Assembly: GCA_964016885.1 (NCBI GenBank)
Contig: OZ024761.1
Location: 18,228,001 to 18,292,000 of the forward strand
Reading direction: 5' to 3'
Length of the DNA: 64,000 nt
From: Eledone cirrhosa
Lineage: Eukaryota
Part shown: in pieces, positions 9,780-26,413 of the stretch
Numbering within the stretch: position 1 is the first letter of the stretch
Layout of the letters: the number at the start of each line of letters is the position of its first letter
Program-made: the position numbers and the translations under genes
The notes under the pieces: generated by a model
What the model saw: only the letters and a program-made list of their open reading frames with translations
Told to the model about the DNA's origin: nothing
Databases searched by the model: none

Positions 9780-12700
9780 TTAGATGTTTTGTCTGGTCTA
9801 TTGTCAATAAGTGGCCTTGTTTTCTGATTATTAATAAAGTTAAGTGGTCTACTGAATTGTCTAAATTATTGCCTATTTATAAGTTTTGTTTAACTGCCGA
9901 TAACTTTAAAATCTATTTCTTAGGTTGCTAAGGCCTACAAACCTTATATCAGTGTCCCTTCTTTTGACACTTTCTACGAGTGAATCCTTAAATTGACATT
10001 TTATTTTGGGTTGTACTGCCTTATCCCACCTATAACAGCTTGAAGCAGATATAGTAAAAACAGGTACTTGACTGTGGAGATTAATATGAGTTAGATTGAA
10101 CAAACCTCAACAATTATATTCAACATTACAGAAGAAAAAGGAATTATAAGTAAAGTGCAAAATTAACGTTTAAAGACAAAAGTATTTCTCTTTCTCTCTG
10201 GCAAAATAAATCAGCTGTTTTTAGACCTGGAGGAGGGGAGGATTGACTCAGTCAGGTTTAAGTGCCCATATGACGGTAATTACGGCACCCCTACAACAAC
10301 AGTTAAATGTCTATAACCACCACGCATTTATGAGACTAAAAACCTTGATAGTGTATTTTTATTTTGGTACAAAAGTTTTTTAAATAATTTCATCAGTTTT
10401 AAATTCAAGTAAGTCCAATATAATGTATTTAAACGAATCTAGAGATAGGATTTCAATATCTGCCAGAGCTTATGAAATAGTAAAACAATTTTTTTTTTTC
10501 AATTATGTCAAATACCAAAAGTTGTTCTTTATTAAAGAAATGCTAAAATAGATTTAGTTAGTATGACTCTGAAATGTGTTCATAAACGGTAATATGTTTT
10601 CCTGAGAGCCTGTCTGTCTTACAGTATGTTTACACACAATACATACATGCATATACATAAATTAATTGTTTATTAGCTATATTCATCTGTTTACACTCCT
10701 CGTAATAATTCGAGCGGTTTTGTTTTTGTTTTTTCTTCAGGAGAGACGTAGATAGAAAAACGTTTGTGTCTTTAGTATTGCTTATTTTTAAGTTTTGTTT
10801 AATTGCCGATAAATTTGAAATATATTTGTTAGGTTTCTTAGAACTACAAATCTTTCTTATGACACTTACTACGGAATAAATTCTTAGCTGGATACTTTAC
10901 TTTGTGATTACTTTCCTCCCAAAGCCATAACAGCTTGAATGAGATGTAGCAAAAACTTGTGAAGACTGACATGAGTTATGTTGAATATAAGTGTAGACAT
11001 AAAATATTTTTGTTTATTCAATCTAAAGGGAAGGCAAAAGAATTATAAGTCAAGTGCAAAATTAACGTTTAAAGGTATAAGAAAGGTATCTCGCTTTCTC
11101 TCCTGTAAAATAAATAGGCTGTTTTTAGTCCAGGAGGATGGGAGGATTGACTCAGTCAGATTTAAATGCACACATGACGGTAAATACGACAGTCCTACAA
11201 CAACAGTTAAGTGTCTATAACAACCATGCATTTAAGAGACTGAAAACCTTACTAATTTGTTTTTATTTTGGTACATGAAAACAAAATTTAAAAACAAATT
11301 ATATATTTAATTTCATGTAAGTCAAATACAATGTATTTAAATGAATCTACAGATGGAGTTGCAATATCTGCCAGGACTTTGGAAATAGTGAAATATATAA
11401 AAATGTTTAATTAAAACTACTTTTCAAAGGAATAATAAAGATATATACACACACACACATCTCTAGTGGAGATATTTCTGAGATTGGAAACCCTATCGAT
11501 GTATGTATTTTGTCACTATAAAGTTATCAAAAAATTATTATTATATATACATGTTTGCGTTTTTGACGTAAGTAAAATATGAGGTGTTCGATACCTGCCA
11601 GAGCTTATGAAATAGTAAAAGAATATTTTTCTCTTTTCAATTATGTCAAACATCGTATGTAGTTCTTTATTAAAGAAATGCTAAAATAGATTTAAATATA
11701 TGAAATTTGCACAGTATAATTACGGCCGCTTGGCGGGCGTCTGGTAAAGTGGTGGTAGTGTAGGTTCGAGCGGAGGGGGAACTAGAAGGGTGGCTTCGAG
11801 ATGATCGTGGCCCCGGGTATCCCAGAAGATAGAGACCAATATTTAAAATTAAAAAAATAAAAATGTTTTATATTTAAGATAAAGTAGAAGATCGAAACCC
11901 TATCTCCAAATCTATACACACTCAATTAATGCATAGATACACCACAACTACCCACACGACCACCTACAGACCAACAATTACGGAGTGAAAATAAACACAT
12001 TTAAAGCTATTTTATTGTTAGACTAAAAATAAGTTTATATATGTAAATATTCAAAAGAAAATCACTTCAGTCTTTATAGTCTAGTGGTAAAACATAGGAC
12101 TGGGGAATGCCGTGGTTGGATTTCGAATCAACTTAAAACATTAACTTTTTTTAACCTCACACTGTAAGGAATTTGCTTGATTTGAACACGTCGTCATACC
12201 ATTTAAAGCTTTATTTTTCTCTTTCTAGTCGTAACACAGTCAGCATATAAATAAAGGTGATTCACTTCAACACGTTGCCATACCATTTAAAACTTTATTT
12301 GGAGATGAGACAAAGACACATAAATACACCAAGTAGTAAACCCTTGATTGAACTTACTATGAAGATGAAGAATGTCTGTTAATATCAAAGTGACGTTAAA
12401 TTTAGGTGTCACTTTCATTGTTTTTAATTTACAGAAACACCTTAATATAATACAATGTACAAGATATATATATTAGAAGGAATATTTTTTATTTTCTTGT
12501 TCCGTCAAACTTTGCGTTTATTCTACACACACACACGTCGAAACACTTGCTTAAGGTGGCTTTCTTAGAAATAATGAGAAGTGTTGGCTTGGTGGAGATT
12601 GATACAACTTTGGGTGATGTTACGAGGAGAGGCAAGGCTATGGAGAGTGTCTTAGTGGAAGAGATGACATCAGAGCAGTAACCTCCAAAGAGATGAAATT

Positions 12701-13967
12701 AGTGACTGAGATGCTATCATTGCATAGTTAAGAATATATATAACAAACATATACTATAAATTTAACAAGTCAAACTACAGTTATACTCTAACACGGAAGA
12801 CAAATAAAACTTTACCTCTCTCATGCACGTCGTATCCAGTGTGTTGTTAAAAGAAAACCGGTGAAACACTAAATATGCCACCAGTGTAGCGATTTTATAC
12901 TCTCTCTCTGCTTCATCGTACCACCCAGTAACATGAAACTGTGTTCAAATCCCTGGGAGGTAGAATTTCGTCGCTTTAAAATAAACACACTGGGGTCAGT
13001 TTGAATATTGATTTCATGTGAAAAATATATACATATTATGATTGTACTCCGAACTATCAATATTGAAACAATTTTAATGTGCCAATAAAATTTATATATC
13101 TATACAGCAACAGTGTTTTCGATCTTTCTTACTTTTTTTATTCACACTCTACAGTCACTTTAACTCTGTAATAAAACCCAACAGGAGACGAACGTTAACT
13201 GCAGTTACCCACGAAATTAACGCACACACAAATGAATATATATATATACTACTAAAATGTATGTAAAATTAAAAAATAAATACTTAAATTCAATGTATGT
13301 ATAATTACACATACAATACGTTTTGTTGTAAAACCCTAAATAATAATTTAAGAAATGATGTTAATCTCTTTGTACAGAGATAAACATTAATTTATGTGTG
13401 TGCGTATATACTCCATTTAAGACAGCGAAAAAACCAGTACCTCCTTCGAAGAATGCCAAAAAGTTTATGCCTCAGGTATACCGGTGTAACACTAATTAAG
13501 TTACCGGTGTAGATATTTCAGTTGAACCGTGCTTCAACAAACTACCCGGTAATTTGAAATCGAGTTTAGAGTGAGGGGGTGTAAAACAGAATTCTGTTTG
13601 GAAAATAGTAAATTCTAAACCTGCTAGAAACAGCCAAATGTCGTACTTTGGGTGCGACTCGTCTTACCTCTTCTAATATATATATATATATAAATAAATA
13701 TATATATATGTGTGTGTGTAGATTCACAGGTCGCGTCGGAGAGAAACCACAATAAATACAATGTACTCAATAGATTGGCACAGTATATATGTGTGTGTGT
13801 GTACATATAAATATGTGTGTGTGTGTGTATATATATATGTATATATATATATATGTATAAATGTATATATACATATAAATACTTATATATATACATAAAC
13901 ATATGTATACATACACACATATATAGATATATATGTGCGTATATATATATATCTGTGTGTTTATTTC

Positions 13968-14037
<70 letters not shown>

Positions 14038-14044
14038 CATATAT

Positions 14045-14414
14045 ATTACTTTCACTGTTCTTTCTAGCATAAAAAAGAAAAACCGGAAGGGTAGAAAATT
14101 GAAAAACTTCTTTTTCCCTCCTCTAACTTTTCAAACAAAAGGAAATTTTATGTAAACAAAAACGAAATTTTTGCCAAGAAAGATAACTCTTCTCTGACTT
14201 AAATCCAAAATTGGGATACAAAATAAATTCCGCAATTTTTTGTATCCCAATTTTGGATTTAAGTCAGAGAAGAGTTATCTTTCTTGGCAAAAATTTCGTT
14301 TTTGTTTACATAAAATTTTCTTTTGTTTGAAAAGTTAGAGGGGGGAAAAAGAAGAAGTTTTTCAATTTTCTCCACTTCCGGTTTTTTCTAGTGTATACTA
14401 GAAATAGCAGTCAA

Positions 14415-14420
<6 letters not shown>
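14045..14420. repeat. Long palindrome, unit 3
   Basis: Same inverted arms and spacer, with a few arm mismatches. Confidence 0.97.
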
Positions 14421-14449
<29 letters not shown>

Positions 14450-14863
14450 TTTTTTGTGACAATATATATTGTTTTAACGCTAGATTATTAACAACAATAT
14501 ATTGTATTTGTTGGCCTATTGGACGCATAAGACGCTCACTCGATTTTTATTATATTTTACGTTTATAGGCATTTCTATGGACCACCTACAATATTCGCGG
14601 TTTTTCACTGTTCTCGGGTTCTCTAGGACTGTAAACCCCACGAATGCCGGGGGAGGGGTAATTGTATATGAATATATCGACTAATAATATACAGTATAAT
14701 TATACGAGTATGCATATAGATTGCAATATATATATACACTAATATATATACATATTTACACATATATGTACATATATATATATATAGACACACATGTATA
14801 TATATATATGCATGTATGTATATATGTATACATATATATACATATATATATATGCATGTATGT

Positions 14864-14898
<35 letters not shown>

Positions 14899-15443
14899 GA
14901 CGTGTGTGTGTGTGTGTGTACATTCTTAGGTATATACATATATATTTATACACACATACATACAAATATATATATTTCTATGAGTCACGGTTTATTACAC
15001 ATTGGAGACAGAGTGAGAGATTTAGCTGTCATTTTTAGCAGATTTAGAAACTTCGCAAACGCTTTATTTTTTTCTTACTGCCGGTACTCTGAACACGATT
15101 TGAAATGACTGGAGTGAGTTTATAAAAGGGTAAACTGAAATAGTTGCACCGGTAATATATTTAGTGTTACACCGGTATTTTTGAAACAATCTCTTTTCGC
15201 ATTCGCTTGTAAGAGGTAACGTTTTCTATGCCGTCTCTGTTAGTGTAGAACTGTAGGTTGACTTGCTTGGTTTTTACAACTCTTTGTCAACATGCATATT
15301 ATTATTATATACTTACAAACACACTTACATATATTATATTTATACACATATAGGATTTTACTAAGTTTTTATTCTTTCTAATGTGAAGAGATAGAAATAA
15401 GTTTAAACTAAAGTATAATGATATAACAACAGTATATAATAGT

Positions 15444-15999
15444 TTTCTCCACTTTATTGAGATGCAAACGTTTTAAAGAAAAAAAATGACAGTATAAGAA
15501 ATATTTACTATCATAACATATAATATTTCAGGTAGTATGGTCGTTTCTCTTGTCTTCCACCTAGTTGTAGATTCTTCATGTCCTCTCTAGCCATAATTAT
15601 GTCGTTGACATATGCATAAGTTTGATTTCTTCTTGAATGAATTGCAAATCTTGAGGTAGCCTTCTTGGTACATTTATTAGCTTTAATTCGTGTTTACACT
15701 GCTTGTAATAATTCTTACGTTTTTTACTTTGGATGAAACATATATATGAAAACGTCTGTGACTTTAGTATACCTTTAAGTTTGATTTCAATAGAAAAATA
15801 CTTACTGAACATGTGTAACGCAATTATAACTGGAGCTACTAAGTTCCTAGCCACTAGAAAATCTATTTGATAGAAGTTATTTCCTAGTTCTATGCACTGT
15901 CAATATCCCCTCTACTTTTTATATGCTTGTGTTTGTTAAAGAAACATTCTCTGATTTAGAAACCACGATCTTCTCGCACCATCGTTGTAGTAATTCTTG
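15444..15999 (-). pseudogene. Degenerate Gypsy-type RT core, unit 3 (YVND variant)
   Basis: ORF 15597-15854 gives FSKYFSIEIKLKG...KLINVP in one frame; catalytic codons read TAT GTC AAC GAC. Confidence 0.6.
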
Positions 16000-18900
16000 T
16001 TAAATGTTTCGTCTGGTCTATTGTCAATAAGTGGCCTTGTTTTCTGATTATTAATAAAGTTAAGTGGTCTACTGAATTGTCTAAATTATTGCCTATTTAT
16101 AAGTTTTGTTTAACTGCCGATAACTTTAAAATCTATTTCTTAGGTTGCTTAGGCCTACAAACCTTATATCAGTGTCCCTTCTTTTGACACTTTCTACGAG
16201 TGAATCCTTAAATTGACATTTTATTTTGGGTTGTACTGCCTTATCCCACCTATAACAGCTTGAAGCAGATATAGTAAAACCAGGTCCTTGACTGTGGAGA
16301 CTAATATAAGTTAGATTGAACAAACCTCAACAATTATATTCAACATAAGAGAAGAAAAAGGAATTATAAGTAAAGTGCAAAATTAACGTTTAAAGACAAG
16401 AAAAGTATTTCTCTTTCTCTCTGGCAAAATAAATCGGCTGCTTTTAGACCTAGAGGAGGGGAGGATTGACTCAGTCAGGTTTAAATGCCCACATGACGGT
16501 AATTCCGGCACCCCTACAACAACAGTTAAGTGTCTATAACCACCACGCATTTATGAGACTAAAAACCTTGCTAGTGTATTTTTATTTTGGTACAAAAGTT
16601 TAAATAATTTCATCAGTTTTAAATTCAAGTAAGTCCAATATAATGTATTTAAACGAATCTATAGATAGGATTTCAATATCTGCCAGAGCTTATGAAATAG
16701 TAAAACAATTTTTTTTTTTCAATTATATCAAATACCATAAGTTGTTCTTTATTAAAGAAATGCTAAAATAGATTTAGTTAGTATGACTCTGAAATGTGTT
16801 CATAAACGGTAATGTTATGTTTTCCTGAGAGCCTGTCTGTCTTACAGTATGTTTACACACAATACATACATGCATATACATAAATTAATTGTTTATTAGC
16901 TATATTCATCTGTTTACACTCCTCGTAATAATTCGAGCGGTTTTGTTTTTGTTTTTTCTTCAGGAGAGACGTAGATAGAAAAACGTTTGTGGCTTTAGTA
17001 TTGCTTATTTTTAAGTTTTGTTTAATTGCCGATAAATTTGAAATATATTTGTTAGGTTTCTTAGAACTACAAATCTTTCTTATGACACGTACTACGGAAT
17101 AAATTCTTAGCTGGATACTTTACTTTGTGATTACTTTCCTCCCAAAGCCATAACAGCTTGAATCAGATGTAGCAAAAACTTGTGAAGACTGACATGAGTT
17201 ATGTTGAATATAAGTGTAGACGTAAAATATTTTTGTTTATTCAATCTAAAGGGAAGGAAAAAGAATTTTAAGTCAAGTGCAAAATTAACGTTTAAAGGCA
17301 TAAGAAAGGTATCTCGCTTTCTCTCCTGTAAAATAAATAGGCTGTTTTTAGACCAGGAGGATGGGAGGATTGACTCAGTCAGATTTAAATGTACATATGA
17401 CGGTAAATACGACAGCCCTACAAGAACAGTTAAGTGTACATGAAAACAAAATTTAAAAACAAATTATATATTTAATTTCATGTAAGTCAAATACAATGTA
17501 TTTAAATGAATCTACAGATGGAGTTGCAATATCTGCCAGGACTTTGGAAATAGTGAAATATATAAAAATGTTTAATTAAAACTACTTTTCAAAGGAATAA
17601 TAAAGAGATATACACACACACATCTCTAGTGGAGATATTTCTGAGATTGGAAACCCTATCGATGTATGTATTTTGTCACTGTAAAGTTATCAAAAAATTA
17701 TTATTATATATACATGTTTGCGTTTTTGACGTAAGTAAAATATGAGGTGTTCGATACCTGCCAGAGCTTATGAAATAGTAAAAGAATATTTTTCTCTTTT
17801 CAATTATGTCAAACATCGTATGTAGTTCTTTATTAAAGAAATGCTAAAATAGATTTAAATATATGAAATTTGCACAGTAGAATTACGGCCGCTTGGCGGG
17901 CGTCTGGTAAAGTGGTGGTAGTGTAGGTTCGAGCGGAGGGGGAACTAGAAGGGTGGCTTCGAGATGATCGTGGCCCCGGGTATCCCAGAAGATAGAGACC
18001 AATATTTAAAATTAAAAAAATAAAAATGTTTTATATTTAAGATAAAGTAGAAGATCGAAACCCTATCTCCAAATTTATACACACTGAATTGATGCATAGA
18101 TACACCACAACTACCCACACGGCCACCTACAGACCAACAAATACGGAGTGAAAATAAACACATTTAAAGCTATTTTATTGTTAGACTAAAAATAAGTTTA
18201 TATATGTAAATATTCAAAAGAAAACCATTTAAGTCTTTATAGTCTAGTGGTAAGACATAGGACTGGGGAATGCCGTGGTTGGATTTCGAATCAACTTAAA
18301 ACATTAACTTTTTTTAACCTCACACTGTAAGGAATTTGCTTGATTTGAACACGTCGTCATACCATTTAAAGCTTTATTTTTCTCTTTCTAGTCGTAACAC
18401 AGTCAGCATATAAATAAAGGTGATTCACTTCAACACGTTGCCATACCATTTAAAACTTTATTTGGAGATGAGACAAAGACACATAAATACACCAAGTAGT
18501 AAACCCTTGATTGAACTTACTATGAAGATGAAGAATGTCTGTTAATATCAAAGTGACGTTAAATTTAGGTGTCACTTTCATTGTTTTTAATTTACAGAAA
18601 CACCTTAATATAATACAATGTACAAGATATATATATTAGAAGGAATATTTTTTATTTTCTTGTTCCGTCAAACTTTGCGTTTATTCTACACACACACACG
18701 TCGAAACACTTGCTTAAGGTGGCTTTCTTAGAAATAATGAGAAGTGTTGGCTTGGTGGAGATTGATACAACTTTGGGTGATGTTACGAGGAGAGGCAAGG
18801 CTATGGAGAGTGTCTTAGTGGAAGAGATGACATCAGAGCAGTAACCTCCAAAGAGATGAAATTAGTGACTGAGATGCTATCATTGCATAGTTAAGAATAT

Positions 18901-20130
18901 ATATAACAAACATATACTATAAATTTAACAAGTCAAACTACAGTTATACTCTAACACGGAAGACAAATAAAACTTTACCTCTCTCATGCACGTCGTATCC
19001 AGTGTGTTGTTAAAAGAAAACCGGTGAAACACTAAATATGCCACCAGTGTAGCGATTTTATACTCTCTCTCTGCTTCATCGTACCACCCAGTAACATGAA
19101 ACTGTGTTCAAATCCCTGGGAGGTAGAATTTCGTCGCTTTAAAATAAACACACTGGGGTCAGTTTGAATATTGATTTCATGTGAAAAATATATACATATT
19201 ATGATTGTACTCCGAACTATCAATATTGAAACAATTTTAATGTGCCAATAAAATTTATATATCTATACAGCAACAGTGTTTTCGATCTTTCTTACTTTTT
19301 TTATTCACACTCTACAGTCACTTTAACTCTGTAATAAAACCCAACAGGAGACGAACGTTAACTGCAGTTACCCACGAAATTAACGCACACACAAATGAAT
19401 ATATATATATACTACTAAAATGTATGTAAAATTAAAAAATAAATACTTAAATTCAATGTATGTATAATTACACATACAATACGTTTTGTTGTAAAACCCT
19501 AAATAATAATTTAAGAAATGATGTTAATCTCTTTGTACAGAGATAAACATTAATTTATGTGTGTGCGTATATACTCCATTTAAGACAGCGAAAAAACCAG
19601 TACCTCCTTCGAAGAATGCCAAAAAGTTTATGCCTCAGGTATACCGGTGTAACACTAATTAAGTTACCGGTGTAGATATTTCAGTTGAACCGTGCTTCAA
19701 CAAACTACCCGGTAATTTGAAATCGAGTTTAGAGTGAGGGGGTGTAAAACAGAATTCTGTTTGGAAAATAGTAAATTCTAAACCTGCTAGAAACAGCCAA
19801 ATGTCGTACTTTGGGTGCGACTCGTCTTACCTCTTCTAATATATATATATATATAAATAAATATATATATATGTGTGTGTGTAGATTCACAGGTCGCGTC
19901 GGAGAGAAACCACAATAAATACAATGTACTCAATAGATTGGCACAGTATATATGTGTGTGTGTGTACATATAAATATGTGTGTGTGTGTGTATATATATA
20001 TGTATATATATATATATGTATAAATGTATATATACATATAAATACTTATATATATACATAAACATATGTATACATACACACATATATAGATATATATGTG
20101 CGTATATATATATATCTGTGTGTTTATTTC

Positions 20131-20206
<76 letters not shown>

Positions 20207-20213
20207 CATATAT

Positions 20214-20586
20214 ATTACTTTCACTGTTCTTTCTAGCATAAAAAAGAAAAACCGGAAGGGTAGAAAATTGAAAAACTTCTTCTTTTTCCCTCCTCTAACT
20301 TTTCAAACAAAAGGAAATTTTATGTAAACAAAAACGAAATTTTTGCCAAGAAAGATAACTCTTCTCTGACTTAAATCCAAAATTGGGATACAAAATAAAT
20401 TCCGCAATTTTTTGTATCCCAATTTTGGATTTAAGTCAGAGAAGAGTTATCTTTCTTGGCAAAAATTTCGTTTTTGTTTACATAAAATTTTCTTTTGTTT
20501 GAAAAGTTAGAGGGGGGAAAAAGAAGAAGTTTTTCAATTTTCTCCACTTCCGGTTTTTTCTAGTGTATACTAGAAATAGCAGTCAA

Positions 20587-20592
<6 letters not shown>
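20214..20592. repeat. Long palindrome, unit 4
   Basis: Same inverted arms and spacer. Confidence 0.97.
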
Positions 20593-20623
<31 letters not shown>

Positions 20624-21036
20624 TTTTTTGTGACAATATATATTGTTTTAACGCTAGATTATTAACAACAATATATTGTATTTGTTGGCCTATTGGACGC
20701 ATAAGACGCTCACTCGATTTTTATTATATTTTACGTTTATAGGCATTTCTATGGACCACCTACAATATTCGCGGTTTTTCACTGTTCTCGGGTTCTCTAG
20801 GACTGTAAACCCCACGAATGCCGGGGGAGGGGTAATTGTATATGAATATATCGACTAATAATATACAGTATAATTATACGAGTATGCATATAGATTGCAA
20901 TATATATATACACTAATATATATACATATTTACACATATATGTACATATATATATATATAGACACACATGTATATATATATATGCATGTATGTATATATG
21001 TATACATATATATACATATATATATATGCATGTATG

Positions 21037-21067
<31 letters not shown>

Positions 21068-21613
21068 ATAGACGTGTGTGTGTGTGTGTGTACATTCTTA
21101 GGTATATACATATATATTTATACACACATACATACAAATATATATATTTCTATGAGTCACGGTTTATTACACATTGGAGACAGAGTGAGAGATTTAGCTG
21201 TCATTTTTAGCAGATTTAGAAACTTCGCAAACGCTTTATTTTTTTCTTACTGCCGGTACTCTGAACACGATTTGAAATGACTGGAGTGAGTTTATAAAAG
21301 GGTAAACTGAAATAGTTGCACCGGTAATATATTTAGTGTTACACCGGTATTTTTGAAACAATCTCTTTTCGCATTCGCTTGTAAGAGGTAACGTTTTCTA
21401 TGCCGTCTCTGTTAGTGTAGAACTGTAGGTTGACTTGCTTGGTTTTTACAACTCTTTGTCAACATGCATATTATTATTATATACTTACAAACACACTTAC
21501 ATATATTATATTTATACACATATAGGATTTTACTAAGTTTTTATTCTTTCTAATGTGAAGAGATAGAAATAAGTTTAAACTAAAGTATAATGATATAACA
21601 ACAGTATATAATA

Positions 21614-22171
21614 GTTTTCTCCACTTTATTGAGATGCAAACGTTTTAAAGAAAAAAAATGACAGTATAAGAAATATTTACTATCATAACATATAATATTT
21701 CAGGTAGTATGGTCGTTTCTCTTGTCTTCCACCTAGTTGTAGATTCTTCATGTCCTCTCTAGCCATAATTATGTCGTTGACATATGCATAAGTTTGATTT
21801 CTTCTTGAATGAATTGCAAATCTTGAGGTAGCCTTCTTGGTACATTTATTAGCTTTAATTCGTGTTTACACTGCTTGTAATAATTCTTACGTTTTTTACT
21901 TTGGATGAAACATATATATGAAAACGTCTGTGACTTTAGTATACCTTTAAGTTTGATTTCAATAGAAAAATACTTACTGAACATGTGTAACGCAATTATA
22001 ACTGGAGCTACTAAGTTCCTAGCCACTAGAAAATCTATTTGATAGAAGTTATTTCCTAGTTCTATGCACTGTCAATATCCCCTCTACTTTTTATATGCTT
22101 GTGTTTGTTAAAGAAACATTCTCTGATTTAGAAACCACGATCTTCTCGCACCATCGTTGTAGTAATTCTTG
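21614..22171 (-). pseudogene. Degenerate Gypsy-type RT core, unit 4 (YVND variant)
   Basis: Essentially identical to the unit 3 copy; ORF 21769-22026. Confidence 0.6.
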
Positions 22172-25100
22172 TTAAATGTTTCGTCTGGTCTATTGTCAAT
22201 AAGTGGCCTTGTTTTCTGATTATTAATAAAGTTAAGTGGTCTACTGAATTGTCTAAATTATTGCCTATTTATAAGTTTTGTTTAACTGCCGATAACTTTA
22301 AAATCTATTTCTTAGGTTGCTTAGGCCTACAAACCTTATATCAGTGTCCCTTCTTTTGACACTTTCTACGAGTGAATCCTTAAATTGACATTTTATTTTG
22401 GGTTGTACTGCCTTATCCCACCTATAACAGCTTGAAGCAGATATAGTAAAACCAGGTCCTTGACTGTGGAGACTAATATAAGTTAGATTGAACAAACCTC
22501 AACAATTATATTCAACATAAGAGAAGAAAAAGGAATTATAAGTAAAGTGCAAAATTAACGTTTAAAGACAAGAAAAGTATTTCTCTTTCTCTCTGGCAAA
22601 ATAAATCGGCTGCTTTTAGACCTAGAGGAGGGGAGGATTGACTCAGTCAGGTTTAAATGCCCACATGACGGTAATTCCGGCACCCCTACAACAACAGTTA
22701 AGTGTCTATAACCACCACGCATTTATGAGACTAAAAACCTTGCTAGTGTATTTTTATTTTGGTACAAAAGTTTAAATAATTTCATCAGTTTTAAATTCAA
22801 GTAAGTCCAATATAATGTATTTAAACGAATCTATAGATAGGATTTCAATATCTGCCAGAGCTTATGAAATAGTAAAACAATTTTTTTTTTTCAATTATAT
22901 CAAATACCATAAGTTGTTCTTTATTAAAGAAATGCTAAAATAGATTTAGTTAGTATGACTCTGAAATGTGTTCATAAACGGTAATGTTATGTTTTCCTGA
23001 GAGCCTGTCTGTCTTACAGTATGTTTACACACAATACATACATGCATATACATAAATTAATTGTTTATTAGCTATATTCATCTGTTTACACTCCTCGTAA
23101 TAATTCGAGCGGTTTTGTTTTTGTTTTTTCTTCAGGAGAGACGTAGATAGAAAAACGTTTGTGGCTTTAGTATTGCTTATTTTTAAGTTTTGTTTAATTG
23201 CCGATAAATTTGAAATATATTTGTTAGGTTTCTTAGAACTACAAATCTTTCTTATGACACGTACTACGGAATAAATTCTTAGCTGGATACTTTACTTTGT
23301 GATTACTTTCCTCCCAAAGCCATAACAGCTTGAATCAGATGTAGCAAAAACTTGTGAAGACTGACATGAGTTATGTTGAATATAAGTGTAGACGTAAAAT
23401 ATTTTTGTTTATTCAATCTAAAGGGAAGGAAAAAGAATTTTAAGTCAAGTGCAAAATTAACGTTTAAAGGCATAAGAAAGGTATCTCGCTTTCTCTCCTG
23501 TAAAATAAATAGGCTGTTTTTAGACCAGGAGGATGGGAGGATTGACTCAGTCAGATTTAAATGTACATATGACGGTAAATACGACAGCCCTACAAGAATA
23601 GTTAAGTGTACATGAAAACAAAATTTAAAAACAAATTATATATTTAATTTCATGTAAGTCAAATACAATGTATTTAAATGAATCTACAGATGGAGTTGCA
23701 ATATCTGCCAGGACTTTGGAAATAGTGAAATATATAAAAATGTTTAATTAAAACTACTTTTCAAAGGAATAATAAAGAGATATACACACACACATCTCTA
23801 GTGGAGATATTTCTGAGATTGGAAACCCTATCGATGTATGTATTTTGTCACTGTAAAGTTATCAAAAAATTATTATTATATATACATGTTTGCGTTTTTG
23901 ACGTAAGTAAAATATGAGGTGTTCGATACCTGCCAGAGCTTATGAAATAGTAAAAGAATATTTTTCTCTTTTCAATTATGTCAAACATCGTATGTAGTTC
24001 TTTATTAAAGAAATGCTAAAATAGATTTAAATATATGAAATTTGCACAGTAGAATTACGGCCGCTTGGCGGGCGTCTGGTAAAGTGGTGGTAGTGTAGGT
24101 TCGAGCGGAGGGGGAACTAGAAGGGTGGCTTCGAGATGATCGTGGCCCCGGGTATCCCAGAAGATAGAGACCAATATTTAAAATTAAAAAAATAAAAATG
24201 TTTTATATTTAAGATAAAGTAGAAGATCGAAACCCTATCTCCAAATTTATACACACTGAATTGATGCATAGATACACCACAACTACCCACACGGCCACCT
24301 ACAGACCAACAAATACGGAGTGAAAATAAACACATTTAAAGCTATTTTATTGTTAGACTAAAAATAAGTTTATATATGTAAATATTCAAAAGAAAACCAT
24401 TTAAGTCTTTATAGTCTAGTGGTAAGACATAGGACTGGGGAATGCCGTGGTTGGATTTCGAATCAACTTAAAACATTAACTTTTTTTAACCTCACACTGT
24501 AAGGAATTTGCTTGATTTGAACACGTCGTCATACCATTTAAAGCTTTATTTTTCTCTTTCTAGTCGTAACACAGTCAGCATATAAATAAAGGTGATTCAC
24601 TTCAACACGTTGCCATACCATTTAAAACTTTATTTGGAGATGAGACAAAGACACATAAATACACCAAGTAGTAAACCCTTGATTGAACTTACTATGAAGA
24701 TGAAGAATGTCTGTTAATATCAAAGTGACGTTAAATTTAGGTGTCACTTTCATTGTTTTTAATTTACAGAAACACCTTAATATAATACAATGTACAAGAT
24801 ATATATATTAGAAGGAATATTTTTTATTTTCTTGTTCCGTCAAACTTTGCGTTTATTCTACACACACACACGTCGAAACACTTGCTTAAGGTGGCTTTCT
24901 TAGAAATAATGAGAAGTGTTGGCTTGGTGGAGATTGATACAACTTTGGGTGATGTTACGAGGAGAGGCAAGGCTATGGAGAGTGTCTTAGTGGAAGAGAT
25001 GACATCAGAGCAGTAACCTCCAAAGAGATGAAATTAGTGACTGAGATGCTATCATTGCATAGTTAAGAATATATATAACAAACATATACTATAAATTTAA

Positions 25101-26154
25101 CAAGTCAAACTACAGTTATACTCTAACACGGAAGACAAATAAAACTTTACCTCTCTCATGCACGTCGTATCCAGTGTGTTGTTAAAAGAAAACCGGTGAA
25201 ACACTAAATATGCCACCAGTGTAGCGATTTTATACTCTCTCTCTGCTTCATCGTACCACCCAGTAACATGAAACTGTGTTCAAATCCCTGGGAGGTAGAA
25301 TTTCGTCGCTTTAAAATAAACACACTGGGGTCAGTTTGAATATTGATTTCATGTGAAAAATATATACATATTATGATTGTACTCCGAACTATCAATATTG
25401 AAACAATTTTAATGTGCCAATAAAATTTATATATATATACAGCAACAGTGTTTTCGATCTTTCTTACTTTTTTATTCACACTCTACAGTCACTTTAACTC
25501 TGTAATAAAACCCAACACGAGACGAACGTTAACTGCAGTTACCCACGAAATTAACGCACACACAAATGAATATATATATATACTACTAAAATGTATGTAA
25601 AATTAAAAAATAAATACTTAAATTCAATGTATGTATAATTACACATACAATACGTTTTGTTGTAAAACCCTAAATAATAATTTAAGAAATGATGTTAATC
25701 TCTTTGTACAGAGATAAACATTAATTTATGTGTGTGCGTATATACACCATTTAAGACAGCGAAAAAACCAGTACCTCCTTCGAAGAATGCCAAATAGTTT
25801 ATGCCTCAGGTATACCGGTGTAACACTAATTAAGTTACCGGTGTAGATATTTCAGTTGAACCGTGCTTCAACAAACTACCCGGTAATTTGAAATCGAGTT
25901 TAGAGTGAGGGGTGTAAAACAGAATTCTGTTTGGAAAATAGTAAATTCTAAACCTGCTAGAAACAGCCAAATGTCGTACTTTGGGTGCGACTCGTCTTAC
26001 CTCTTCTAATATATATATATATATAAATAAATATATATATATATATGTGTGTGTGTAGATTCACAGGTCGCGTCGGAGAGAAACCACAATAAATACAATG
26101 TACTCAATAGATTGGCACAGTATATATGTGTGTGTGTGTGTGTACATATAAATA

Positions 26155-26195
<41 letters not shown>

Positions 26196-26304
26196 AAATG
26201 TATATATACATATAAATACTTATATATATACATAAACATATGTATACATACACACATATATAGATATATATGTGTGTATATATATATATCTGTGTGTTTA
26301 TTTC

Positions 26305-26406
<102 letters not shown>

Positions 26407-26413
26407 CATATAT